Positions 14,241-26,724 of a DNA stretch of 64,000 bases are shown here, piece by piece. Under the pieces are notes generated by a model. The model had not been told where the DNA came from. It searched no databases and saw nothing but the letters and a program-made list of their open reading frames with translations. Numbering within the stretch: position 1 is the first letter of the stretch; the number at the start of each line of letters is the position of its first letter. Both the position numbers and the translations under genes were made by a program. This stretch comes from Mytilus edulis (Eukaryota): NCBI RefSeq assembly GCF_963676685.1, contig NC_092352.1, positions 83,514,001 to 83,578,000 on the forward strand, given 5' to 3'.

Positions 14241-17200
14241 ATTTTATTGGTGTAAATTCCTATACAGAAATGATACCAGCCGACATTTACAAAACACAAA
14301 TACAAATACATGTTCTTCTTCACAATGGGATTAACGTTCATATGATAAAATAATTTACTAACTTATGGAATGCTTATGATTTTATTAAAAGGGATAAGTT
14401 ATACATTGATGGATTTGTCGGCCGTTTTATCATATAGTTTAGTTGTATAAACCTGAAACTACTTTTTTTAGAACGAATTTACGGTCCTACTAAAAGCACC
14501 CGAGAGTGCCCGGGTGAAGAAAATAATATAATTCTATTACAGAAATGTTTTCCTGATTAAAAAAAATCATTGCTTGTTTTGTTTAAAGTGTGTAGATAGT
14601 GTTATTGAACTTTTACATTTTTAAAAAAGATTTCAAAATCGTATGTATATAAGTAACGGTAAGCCGTAAATATAAACAAGTGGAAATAGAAGAATCATGA
14701 ACGATATTGTCCTCGATCAAAACCGTATATTTCGTTATTAAAAAAAAAATCTGTGCCCGAGGTCTAATATTCGCAACTGCATGGTCACGGTAGGTATAGT
14801 GTCCGGCTAGGATCGTGGATTTTCGAGTGATTTGATCGGGCTTTTTCGAGTGTGATCACTTTTTTTCAAGTGAATATGATCAAAAATGTAAACTAACAGA
14901 CTTCTTTTCTAACAAGACGTGATATAGAAGCTTGAGTTTGATATACAAGGTTATACATGATATGTTAGTATTTGAGATATAAAGATAGTATCATTCTGAC
15001 ATTGATTTTCGTTAAAAAAAAACAACCTTAAATTTAGCCTCAAAATGCTTTTATTCCAAAATACGGAAAAGATCCATTTTCTTACACATACCAATGCAAA
15101 TTTCGACGGAAATGCATACATATCATCTATATATCCTTAGATATACCAGAGACATATAATAGTATTATATGTCTCTGGATATACAGACACTTTACAAAAA
15201 CTATTGTTATTGCACTGAAAACGAAATTTTGAGACTTCATGTCCGGGCTTTTTCGAGTGTGTCCTTTTTTTATCGAGTGATTATACACATTTCTTATAGC
15301 TAAAAATATTATGTGTTTACGTTTAAAAACTTTAAAAATAAAGGCTCAAATTAAGTACTTTCAAGGCACATGGTGTATCAACACTTGCATTTTATAAAAA
15401 AAAAAAAGTATCGTTCATTTGTATATATATTCATTTTCTCACATCTTATAAATTGCATGTACAGTATATATCCGGGATGTCAAGAATCTAACGTGAGTGT
15501 TCCGGACCATATAAGTATTTGGACCTCATGGGATAACTATTACGTAACAGCAAAATGTCGACTTGGAAGATAACTTCCAAAAATGTCTTAATGAACTGTT
15601 AAACCAGAGTTCAACTGTTTTACTAACTGTCAGATCCTGAAATGGGATAAATTGTTTAAATGGTCAAAATTTATCGGCCCGGGAATTATAAAAGATGAAT
15701 CGAACAAACTATTGTTGGGTTGCTGCCAACAAATTTGCAGTTCAAGTTTAACAAAATTTTGCAGTTTTTTGTTATAATCTTGAATATTATTATAGATAGA
15801 TATAAACTACAAGCAGCAATAATGTTCAGCAAAGTAATATCTACAAAAAAAGTTATATGACCATACTTGTCAATTGACCTCTTAAGGAGTTATTGCCCTT
15901 TAAAGACATTTTACATAATTTGTTCATTATGTTTGCTAACAATTAAAAATCTCCTCTGAAAAACAGGTGAGCGCTCCGGCTCTTGAGAGCCTCTTGTATT
16001 TAGATTAGAACGTTAGTTTTCCGTTTGTATGGTTTTGAACTAGTTATTTTGGGGGCCCTTTATAGCTTGTTGTTCGGTGTGAGCCAATGCCCCGTGTTGA
16101 AGGCCGTACCTTAACCTATAATAATTTACTTTTATTAATTGTTATTTGGATGGAGAGTTGTCTCATTGGCAGTCATACCACATCTTCATATATCTATCAT
16201 ATGGTCCGACCATACGCGTACAGTTTGACCATATGAGTATACGCATATGCTCGTGACCATACGCGTATGGTCCTAATACTCATATGGTCCGGAACATAAG
16301 CATAGACAATTCGAATTGAGACGTACATATGAGATGAGATATATGTTTGTTTTTAAAAGTACACATCTTAGATATTTCATTAACTATTTTTCTTGTATCT
16401 TGTATTATTTATTTTATTGTTAAAGAAATGGAAACTGAAAATGACTAAATGCTACAACTGTGAGGAGGAGTCTGATTACATGTATGCGTGAAATGTAATA
16501 ATTGGTGATACAACAACTAAACACCATGAGAACTTCCTTTCAATAAAAGAAACGTGTCTAAAAAGTGGAAAATATGAATATTAATCAAGACATTACAATG
16601 TTGTTCCTGGACTGGACAATCTAGCTGGTGATAGCATATAATCCATATAATATACACATTTTGTATTTGTCTATCATTGCTAAAGGATCATTTTTAGGCT
16701 AATGAACTATTCATTTCATTGTTAATTTTATCTGAAATTTTATTAAATTTTGTGTTCAATGGCATTAAAAATGGGGTGGATTAATTGTGTGTGGTTTTTT
16801 TTTAGGTTTTTTTATTAATAGGTTTCTTTTATTAATCTCCCGGGAGTCCACCACAAGAAATATTATTAACTGTAAAATCAAAAGTAGCATGAAATGATGT
16901 TAAAATGAATATGAGTTCCCTGTACTATGTTCTATACACCGTTTTGTTAAGGATCAAGTAATTTCTAAATGAAATGGAAAGTAGTTGTATAACGCTCTCC
17001 AAACAGAAAATTTGTATTAAATTGAAAAAAAGATCCATTTTGATATGCTTTCGATGACTTATTAGGAATATATGATATTGTCCTTCACTTAATTACGGTT
17101 AAAAACTAGAAAAAAAGTAATTTTTTAAAGTCTAGAATACCTTTTTCTTATTCAAATTTTCTGTAAAAAAAAACCCGGACCATGTGTCTTAAAACCCGGA

Positions 17201-17530
17201 CGATTTCACAGTTGCTCTCGAAAAAAACCAAGACAATAACAAACACTGATTGTTTTTATTAAATACAAGGAAATTGTGCTTCTTTGTTGATCAAAACATT
17301 TAAAGTGTTCAATATAAGGCCGTGTTCACACCAAACGCCGTGTAGAGAAAACATGTTTACAATTAGTTTAGTGTAGTGTACACTGGTTTCACATTACATT
17401 TGTTCACATCTATACACCTTGTTTAGCTACCTGTACATAAGATTTGTTCCCACTTGTAAACTATATGTCATTTAAATGTTCATTACGTAGAACTGAATTC
17501 AAAATTTTTGGAAAATTTTTCTAGCGGTAA

Positions 17531-17850
17531 GGGAACAACCATTTGACTTCAAAAGGGGAGTGGGGGATGGGAATGGAAATATTCCGATCCCCAAATTGAT
17601 AAAAAAAAAATGGTCATACAGATGATAAAAAAAATATTCTGAATCAAGAGTTTCCACATACATTATATGCGCATCTGGTGCAAGAACATTGGTACCGTTA
17701 ATTTTATTATAGTGTTAAATATTGAAGAAAAAGTATTTGATCACCAGCATCGGAAAAAAAAGGAATAAAAACGTACGCGCGAAAAAAAATCTGACTCAGA
17801 TAAAAAAAAAATAACCATTCCCCTTTTTTTAAGTTAAGTGGTTGTTACTT
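17531..17850. mobile_element. Small MITE (third-level nesting)
   Basis: Imperfect TIR GGGAACAACCATTTGACTT..AAAAGGGG / CCCTTTT..AAGTTAAGTGGTTGTTAC after a TAA. Confidence 0.55.
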
Positions 17851-18235
17851 TATGAAAGCCATTTTTATATAATTTGCAGTAGTTTGAATATACTAGAGAT
17901 GTCTGGATAACGCATTAGAAAACGTTAGCTGCAACAGCGTGCTTACAGCCGGGAAAAAGGATTGAGATATTAGGGATCACTACATTTTTATTTTTTATGT
18001 TCGTTTCAAATGGTATTTCTTCTCCGAGGAGTATTTGGTAAAGGAATAGGGTAACGTTTTTTTAATTTATTTTACGTGTTATTTAACAGAACTGAGATAC
18101 TAGACAAACATAGCATTTACCTCACACTTTTTTTAAGTCATGCATTTATGCGTGAATCGTTTTTTGAGTAAAGACCAGTGGCGAATATTTCTGTGTACGT
18201 CAAGTCGATTCGGGAAGACCTTTTCAAATGAATTA

Positions 18236-18517
18236 GGCAGCAACTATTTACTTCATTTTTTGTGGAGGGGGAGGGGGCGTGAGCTATTGAATTTTTTCAG
18301 GACAAATGTTGGTGACAAGTCGAAATCAATTTTATCATTATATATAGTGGCAGCTCAGTAGGGTGAAACAAACAAATTTTTTTTCAGGGCCAAAAACTGG
18401 AAACATTTTTTGTTTCCAAAACAAAATCCATAGCTCACCACCCCACCCCCTAGCCTTTAGGACTATAATAGCCCCCCCCCCCCACACACACACCCCGAAA
18501 ATCAAATGGTTGCTGCC
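18236..18517. mobile_element. Small PIF/Harbinger-type MITE (third-level nesting)
   Basis: TIR GGCAGCAAC / GTTGCTGCC, TTA TSD. Confidence 0.7.
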
Positions 18518-19606
18518 TTATGGGTTCGGCAATTATGCTGCTTTGAGTCTTGATTAGGGGTTAATAAAGTACGTTATTTTTTTCTAACAAAAAAAATCTG
18601 TAAAATTTGGACAACTAATAATTATCAAAAATATCAATTTTACTCAAAAATAGTTTCAACTAATAATTATCAAAAATATCTATTTTACTCAAAAATAGTT
18701 TCCTCCTTAAATATATACACGATAAAACTAATGTCCTTAATGCATAGTTTTGTGTACACTTAACCTACACAAGGCCTACATTGACTATCGACTGTGTGTA
18801 GGTAAAACATGATTTACACTACATGTAAACATTGAGTTTTATCAATGGGAACGCAATTGTGTTTAGTTTACGTGTGAGTTACACTAACACAACACCGGAT
18901 TTAGGTCAATGTGAACACGGCCTAAGATGGATAGTAATGTTAAAAACTGTTATAATTACGAAATATCCGTTAATTGAACTTATCGCATGTTTTATCACTC
19001 GAAAAAGCCCGATTTACACTCGAAAAAAATGAACCAAATCACTCGAAAAACCACGATATTGCCGGACACTATACCTACCGTGATGGTGAACATTCTTGAA
19101 AGTTTTGTATTTTATGAAACACACTTGAATTGACATTGGAAGATTGTGGAAGGGTTTCAACATGCCTGTCACTAAGAAATAAACTCATCATAGATACCAT
19201 GACTAAATTTTGTATATACACCAGACGAGAAAAGTTAACCCCACTGCTATTTTATGAATTTATGCTTTAAATCAAAAGATAGGAGGGGTTGATAATGATC
19301 ATGTGAATATGTTTTTATTTAGTATCTATTCTTATATAAAGAAATACATAAGACTATAGGTGATTACAAGCTCTAACGTATTTATAAATGACACTTTAAA
19401 GAAAACCTGTAGTGATATTTTAAATTCTTCGTAAGGTGAAAAAGAAAATTCGACATTTAATTTAAATTATCTTCACAAAGGTATTTCAAAAGAACTGCAC
19501 AATATTCCAATCTAAAATTCCAATCAGTGTATGGTTATTTAATGTTACAAAACATGAAATGTTACGCTGAGTAACCACAGTCAAGGAAGTAGAATACCTG
19601 TACAAA

Positions 19607-21307
19607 ATGGCACTCTCGAAGTCTATCATTAGAGCTCAGGATATCATTTCATGCAACCTCTGTGAATTAGAAACAAAATTAGAATGGAGATGTGTTGAAT
19701 GTGACTTGATAATGTGCAACAAATGCCGTAATAAAATTCATCCAAAGTTTAAAAACGCTAAATACCATACAATTGTAGATATAAAACAAGCAAGAGTGAG
19801 TGGTGACAAAGGCAATTTAGACTTGGAAGACATCAGATGTAAAGTTCACACAACACAGGTATGCTGCCTATTCTGTAGTTATTGTGACTCTCTTGTTTGT
19901 CCAATATGTATCACAAAAACTCATGCCGGTCATACTTTCATAGAAATTAAGGAGGCACTAGAAACGAAGCTTGAAAAACTGAAGTCTATAAAAACGGAAG
20001 TGGAAACTGCGACAAAAGAACTATCTAATGATGTAAGAAAGCTTGATCAAATGAAATTATCAGAGCAATCTAAAGGCAAAAAAGTTTTACAAGACATTCA
20101 TTGTCAGAAAGAGGCCTTTAACACTTATGCAGATCAACTTTCTGATATAGTTCAACAAAAAATAAAGGCCAGTGAAGGAGCTATTTCAAGAGAACAGAAA
20201 AGAGCCGTTGATATGAGACAAAGAATGCAGGAGGAATGCCATACAGTAGATGATCTTATTTGTTGTAAAGATCCTTTAAATGTTTTTGAAAATATTGATA
20301 AGGTAGTGATTTCTTTAAAAACTACCATGCAACACATTAACCCACCCAATTCATATATACCACAATTCATGCCAGGGAATATTACTCAATCAACTTTCGG
20401 ATCACTGACCGAGGTCTTTAGCAGCAATACAACCAATAAGATTGAAATGAAAGTCAACAAGCAGTTCTTCACAGAATTAACACGTTGCCACTATTTGTCT
20501 GTATGTTCGGATGACACATTCTGGCTAGGTGATAGTATCAGCAAAGTTTTACATAAAATAAAGCATAATGGAGATAGCCTAGTAACAATTACCACAATAA
20601 AGACAAAAATAAGAGGAATAGTAGTTACCACTGACGGTGATATCTTGCTGGCTGATGCAACATCAAGACTTAAACTTATCAATGGAACTAGCGGAAAAGT
20701 GCAGGATTCAAAATATAGCGTGTTCCCGTTATCAATAATGTCCGTCCATTTAACTAGAGACAATAAAGTTATTGTAGGGGCAAAAAGTCCTGGTAAAATA
20801 ATACCCGTCACAGGAAGAAGGGTAGTAATTGTAATGGATAAAGACGGGATCCATGAAACTGTGTATGAACATACTAAGAACAAAAAAGGATTACTGACAT
20901 ACCCACAGAGTATTACTAGTACTGCTAATGGGTCTGTCGTTGTTGCAGACTTTACTCATGATTTTGCAAATAGCAGCAGAATTTTGGCATTGGATAAAGA
21001 TGGAAACATCTTAAATACGTACAAAGGTCATCCGGAAATAAATACTTTGAACAAACCATTTCAACCAGAGGATATCACAAGTACGCCATTAGATAATATT
21101 ATCATTCCTGATTTAGATTTCCATATCATTCACATTCTTGACAATTCTTGTAACCTGATAGCATACTATAACATGAGAGACATAGGAATAGCGTATCCAT
21201 ACTGCACTGCATTTACAAGCACAACATCGTTCTATCTCGGATGTGCTCCACCCACAGATAATTCTACGAATGCAAAACTTTATGAAATTGAGTATTCTGG
21301 TTTTTAA
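19607..21307 (+). CDS. RING-less TRIM-like protein copy 1 (B-box1, B-box2, coiled coil, NHL-like beta-propeller), intronless, 566 aa
   Basis: B-box1 CNLC..CVEC..CNKC..H..H, B-box2 CKVH..CSYC..CPIC..H..H, coiled coil, then a beta-strand-rich C terminus. AATAAA at ~21409. Two paralogs in the window. Confidence 0.9.
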   Translation: MALSKSIIRAQDIISCNLCELETKLEWRCVECDLIMCNKCRNKIHPKFKNAKYHTIVDIKQARVSGDKGNLDLEDIRCKVHTTQVCCLFCSYCDSLVCPICITKTHAGHTFIEIKEALETKLEKLKSIKTEVETATKELSNDVRKLDQMKLSEQSKGKKVLQDIHCQKEAFNTYADQLSDIVQQKIKASEGAISREQKRAVDMRQRMQEECHTVDDLICCKDPLNVFENIDKVVISLKTTMQHINPPNSYIPQFMPGNITQSTFGSLTEVFSSNTTNKIEMKVNKQFFTELTRCHYLSVCSDDTFWLGDSISKVLHKIKHNGDSLVTITTIKTKIRGIVVTTDGDILLADATSRLKLINGTSGKVQDSKYSVFPLSIMSVHLTRDNKVIVGAKSPGKIIPVTGRRVVIVMDKDGIHETVYEHTKNKKGLLTYPQSITSTANGSVVVADFTHDFANSSRILALDKDGNILNTYKGHPEINTLNKPFQPEDITSTPLDNIIIPDLDFHIIHILDNSCNLIAYYNMRDIGIAYPYCTAFTSTTSFYLGCAPPTDNSTNAKLYEIEYSGF

Positions 21308-24300
21308 ATATCATCGATTAGAAACATTGCGAGAATGCATATCAATTTATAAAAATGTGATTTGTTGCCGCTGGGATATAAAAAAGAAACACACACTTGT
21401 TTTTTATAAATAAACGTGGTTAATTTTTTCAATCAAGAAAGTCGTAGTCTTATACCAATTATCAAAAATACAGGAATGTTTGTTCTCTAAAGGAAACCAG
21501 CAAACGTTGACAGGAATGTTTGTCTTTATTTTCATTGTTTAGAAGAAAATAAGTTAAACTGAAGAAAAAAGAAATAGGTCTCGTTGGTGTTGCTTTCCAT
21601 AGGAAAAAATGCCTAAGAGGTTTGAAAACATGAAACTTTCATTTTCTACATAAGGAAATGCTTGTTAGAGACTACTCAATTAATCGCTATAGATGGTTTT
21701 ATTCAAGAATTTCATTGAACATCAAATTGTATTCAACAGTCAATTATATACCAGCTATTTACATTAAATATTACATATAATCATCAAAAATTTAAATGTG
21801 CAAAATAATGCTTTTCATAGGAATTTCCAAAGTGAATTCAATTTATCTAATCTTAAAAGTTAGCATTGATTTGATATTGCTTATTTTTTTGTAATTTGAA
21901 AGTTCTAAATATTTACATAATAGCACGAACGTATGTTTTTCATATGTCGATCTCTGCCGTATACTTACTTGTCAACTACATCCAAAGTTCAATCTATGTT
22001 TGTCATAAAGAACACAGAAATGCAATACAATCGAGAGAGCAACTGCAGAAGGAGTTCAGTAAAATAAACTTCACAGATAATCATATAGTAAACAGAAAAA
22101 TCCAAAACGAAAAGTCCATATTAAATCAAATAGCAACATCAAAACATCAAACTCATCAAACGAATGGACAATAACTGTCACATTTCTGACTTGGTACAGG
22201 CATTTTCTTATGTAGAAAATGGTTGATTAAAGCTGGTTTTATATATAGCTAACAAAAACTCTCATTTGTATGACAGTGGCATACATTTCCATCATATTGA
22301 CAACGATGTGTGAACAAAAAAAACACATAATGGATACAGATGTCAAAAATAGGGGCACAGTAGTCAAAATGGTGTTTTATTCTGAATCACTATAAGACAG
22401 ACACATATGTAAACAAACAAGCACCAAACTACATATAGACAGAGCACATTTGTAAAATTGAAACACAAGAATACAAAAATTAACCATGATAGCACACAAA
22501 CACAATGACGGGATGAAAGACAAAAGAAATCGTTGACCTATATAACGGTTTACTTTTATGAATTGTGACTTGGATGGATAGTTGTCTCATTTGCACTCAT
22601 ACCTCATCTTCTTATATCTATATAACACGCTATTCAGATGATAATATGCTATAGAAAGAACAATAACACAATGACGGGGTATATAAGTACAGAGTAAAAT
22701 ATCGTTTCATCTCGGCCTCTAGTAAGTGCTATACAATTAATATTTCAGTGCTTTAAACTAGTGCCTTAGCAGTTATAATTAAATTTTGTAATAAAATAAA
22801 TGAAAATGGTAGAATGAAAGTCATAAGAAACCTCAAATTAAAAAAAATAATTCGTATGTGTTTTTATAACTCAATGGATAGTTTAATTATAAAACTTATG
22901 TACATATACTTTTTTCTGAAGAAAATTCTTTAATATGTTCATATTTACAGGAAGCAATTCCCCGACATATTTTCCGTATGCAAAGAGACCTCAGTGTGAC
23001 CCATCTCGTAAAAATCCGGTGATCGCAATACGCATGGATGTCCTTAAAATAAACTATTATCTGATTGTACATGTTAAACACGTGCTCAATATCCATACCT
23101 TTTTTGTTTATTGTTGACAAACAGGTGACAATCGTTAAACGTCGGCTTCAAAACACGAACTTTAATTACCTGCCATATTTTCACAACGACAGTGACCGAT
23201 TGAAAAAAATATTTGACGATTATACGAAATTTAGGCCAAAAAAAGGATAAAAACGTGCACAGAAGACTGAAGTTTATGATTTTTGTATGCATTGGTTCAA
23301 GAATAAGAATATTATTTTTCACCGGTCACTCGTTTATTATAACTTTAACTATATTTTTAGTTTAAAAAAATCTTTGGATGTTGTAGATAAATTACGTTAA
23401 TTTGATGTTCCTTTTGATTCTGTTGACAGTTTTGACTTTTCAACTCTTTACACTACTCTTCCTCGTAATCTTAATTAAATGGTCGTTTTCATGGTTAATC
23501 TGAATGCAAACGTAAATTGTAGAAAGATCAAACGTCATATAATAATACAATTGTTGACTTTCAATTTCAGTTGATACACGATTTTTTAACCCAGAGATAT
23601 GACATTCATCTTGTTTCAAGTTAAAAAAAAAATGACTCAAAATATTATTGTCTTGAAATCAAAAAATTCCACCTCGTTTTGGTCCATATATATACATGCA
23701 ACCTTGATCAAATTTGACTATATAAATACATATATATTCTTTTATATGTTATCTCATCCGAAGTTTTGAATTTTATGCATTTTTAATGCATTTTTTATTT
23801 TTATGTATATATTTTTTTTAACTTCTCTGTAACCTTTGTACTTGCATGGTTTTACGAGAATAAACTATCTAAAGGCAGGTGTTTTATTTTGGTGTGTGTA
23901 ATTTTGGTGCTTCGTCCAACTGATATGTTTAAAATTTGGAATACAAGTAGTGAGCAAGCTCATTTATATTTGCTTTTATTTACCTGTTCATAAAAAGATA
24001 TTAATGACAATAGATATAAGGAGATGTGGAATGAGTTCCAATATACAACTCTCAACCCAAGTCACAATTTACGAAAAACGAAAAACGAGAAACACTCATG
24101 AACACACGACAACTGCTGAACAACAGATTTCTGACTTTGGACAGGTGCAAACAACTTCAGCGGATTTAAATGTTTAAACAGGCTCCAATCTTCACCCTTA
24201 CCTGAATTAGGGTGTAACATTACAATATAGAAATAGTAAACAAAGGTATCAGGCTTATTCGAATTGGTTGATCCATACGATGTATCTTTGTCCAAACTAA

Positions 24301-24575
24301 CTATGGACATTTTTACCACGTGTTAGATTGTGGTTTGTCATTACGTCGTCTGATCTTTTTATTACCGAACGATAATTATTACGAATGTGACTGTTTTGCT
24401 GAGTGTGAATTTGTATTGCTTTAAGACGTGGAACGGTACTTATCCATCCCAAATTAATTTGTTGGGTTTTGATGTTGTGTTTGTTGATGTCATCGGATTT
24501 TTTTAAATGTTTTAACGTTTGTAGTTGTAAATCGTATTTTTTTCTGTTGTATTATTGTGTTGTATTGGGGGATAA

Positions 24576-24877
24576 GGGAGCTACCATTTGATTTTTATGG
24601 AGGGGCTAGGATGAAAAATTTTGTCCTGCATTTTTTTTAGCTGTAATCTCTGTCCTGCCTTTTTATTTTTCACTCTGTTCGGTCCTGCCTTTTTTTTTTT
24701 TTTTAGTTTATCCTGACTTTTTTTTTTACCTAAATTGTCGTCCTGAATTTTTTTTTTGCAAGTGTCTCATCCTGCCTTTTTTTTTTACTCTAAACTCCTG
24801 TCCTGCCTATTTTTTTCAAATTTCATCCTAGCCCCCCCCCCCCCCCCCCCCCCCCATAAAATCAAATGGTGGCTCCC
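24576..24877. mobile_element. PIF/Harbinger-type MITE with internal TCCTGCCTTTTT repeats
   Basis: TIR GGGAGCTACCATTTGATTTT / AAAATCAAATGGTGGCTCCC, TAA TSD. It interrupts a larger repeat. Confidence 0.8.
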
Positions 24878-26724
24878 TAACTACACATCCAGTTCATTTG
24901 GATTTACACTATATATTTGGCTTGCAGTTTGATCAGAAGAAATAACCACAAAGCTAGATAATACACTTAGTTATCTAATTACTACTTCAATTAAATATTA
25001 ATTAGTATTATAATTTTCACTGTTATTATTATAAGTTACATATGAGTCATACAAATCTAATCTTGAATATCATCCAAATTCTCTTAATTTTCAGAACACG
25101 TTTAAGAAATTTATATGTGACGTCACTTTGGGCGTTGCATTGACTATGGGTTAGAGGGCTGTGATTTTGTAATGTATTCGTTTTTTTATTCTATAGCTAG
25201 TCACCTCTCCAGTTTAATCATGTATATCTATTATATAGTCATTTTATAAAATTTACTGTTTGCAAAACTATGTATTATTCTTTATAATAATAATGATTTT
25301 GTCCCAGGCGAATAACCCTGGTCTCACAACTTTTTGGAACTTTTGGTCCTCGGCGATCTTCAACTTGGTAGTTGTTATGGCTTTCAAACTTTTTTACATC
25401 TGAGCATCGTTTTGTGTGGACGTAGCGCGCGTCTGGTGTATAAAAATATTTTTTAACCTGTTACCTTTGGATGGCTATTATTCGTTTGTTTCTCTGTCCT
25501 ATATTTTCTCCCATTAATCTGTTTATTGATTGTAACCTTGTCGTGTAATGTTGTCATTTTAATGTTATAATTAACACTGCCATTAAAGCGGGAGGTTTGG
25601 CATGCCTCAAAACCAGGTTCAACCCACCATTTTTTCATAAAATGCCCTGTACCAAGTCAGTAAAATGGCCATTGTTACATTATAGTTCGTTTCGGTGTTG
25701 TGTTTCTGTTGTGTCGTAGTTCTCTTATATTTGATACGTTTCCCTCAGTTTTAGTTTGTAACCCGGATTTGTTTTTACTCTATCGATTTATGAACTTTTA
25801 ACAGCGGTATACTACTGTTGCCTTTATTTATAACTTGATACGCCATAGGCCGTTTCGTCTACATAAGACTCACCTGTGACTCACAGAATAAAATAGTTCG
25901 AAAGCCAAACAAGTATAAAGTTGAGGAACATAGATTTATTATAATGACCATATACTTAACAATCATGTCAACATTAAAGTGATGACTACTTTCGGGGAAA
26001 TACACACTATAAAATATGAAATATCATTTAAATATCAAGATGTCAAAATGAGTCTATCAAGGCAGGTTTGTTTTGTTTATAAATATGTAATGCGAGAGGT
26101 TTGGCTAGCCACAACACCAGTTTCAAACCAACATTTTTCTTCAAATGTACTGTACCATGCCAGGAATATGGCAGTTGTTATCTAATAGTTCGTTTCTATG
26201 TATGTTGCATTGTCGGGTTTTTTGTTGTTGCACTTGAGTGTTCTGTTGTTTCGTTGTTTTCCTCCTACAGTTTGTAACCCGGATATGTTTTCTCTCAATC
26301 GATTTATGACTTTTAAAGAACCATGCATATACTACTGTTGCCTATATGTGAAGCCAGAAAGAAAATATGTAAATTCAAAATGCCAATACTGGGTATTACT
26401 GATATATTCCAAATTATTTTGAATTTTATAATTATGGGGTCAAAAAGTTACATAATATCATATAGTCTTCTTTGATTTTTCGATAAATTGAAATGAGCTC
26501 ATGTTCTTATCAAAAGGTGAATAAGTAAGTCTGACATTTTAGGAATTTCCATGTTTTAATATAGCAATGTATATATTCCTGGTATCTATGATGAGGTTAT
26601 TTAATTATATTATACAATATCGATCCGCATATGGCCATTTGAAATATCTTATTCAAATGTTTATCAAGCATAAATATTACGCAGAAGCATAACAGGCAAA
26701 AAAAGTAAAACACTTATTTATGAT

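Larger units (their letters stand above)
17318..18922. mobile_element. PIF/Harbinger-type MITE nested in the 4.3-kb element
   Basis: TIR GGCCGTGTTCACA / TGTGAACACGGCC, TAA TSD. Confidence 0.8.
14786..19082. mobile_element. 4.3-kb non-autonomous DNA transposon with CACGG ends and a 5-bp TSD, containing nested MITEs
   Basis: Left end CACGGTAGGTATAGTGTCCGGC, right end GCCGGACACTATACCTACCGTG (perfect 22-bp TIR, imperfect to ~45 bp). ATGGT is duplicated at 14781-14785 and 19083-19087. Subterminal TTTTCGAGTG / CACTCGAAAA repeats. Confidence 0.88.
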
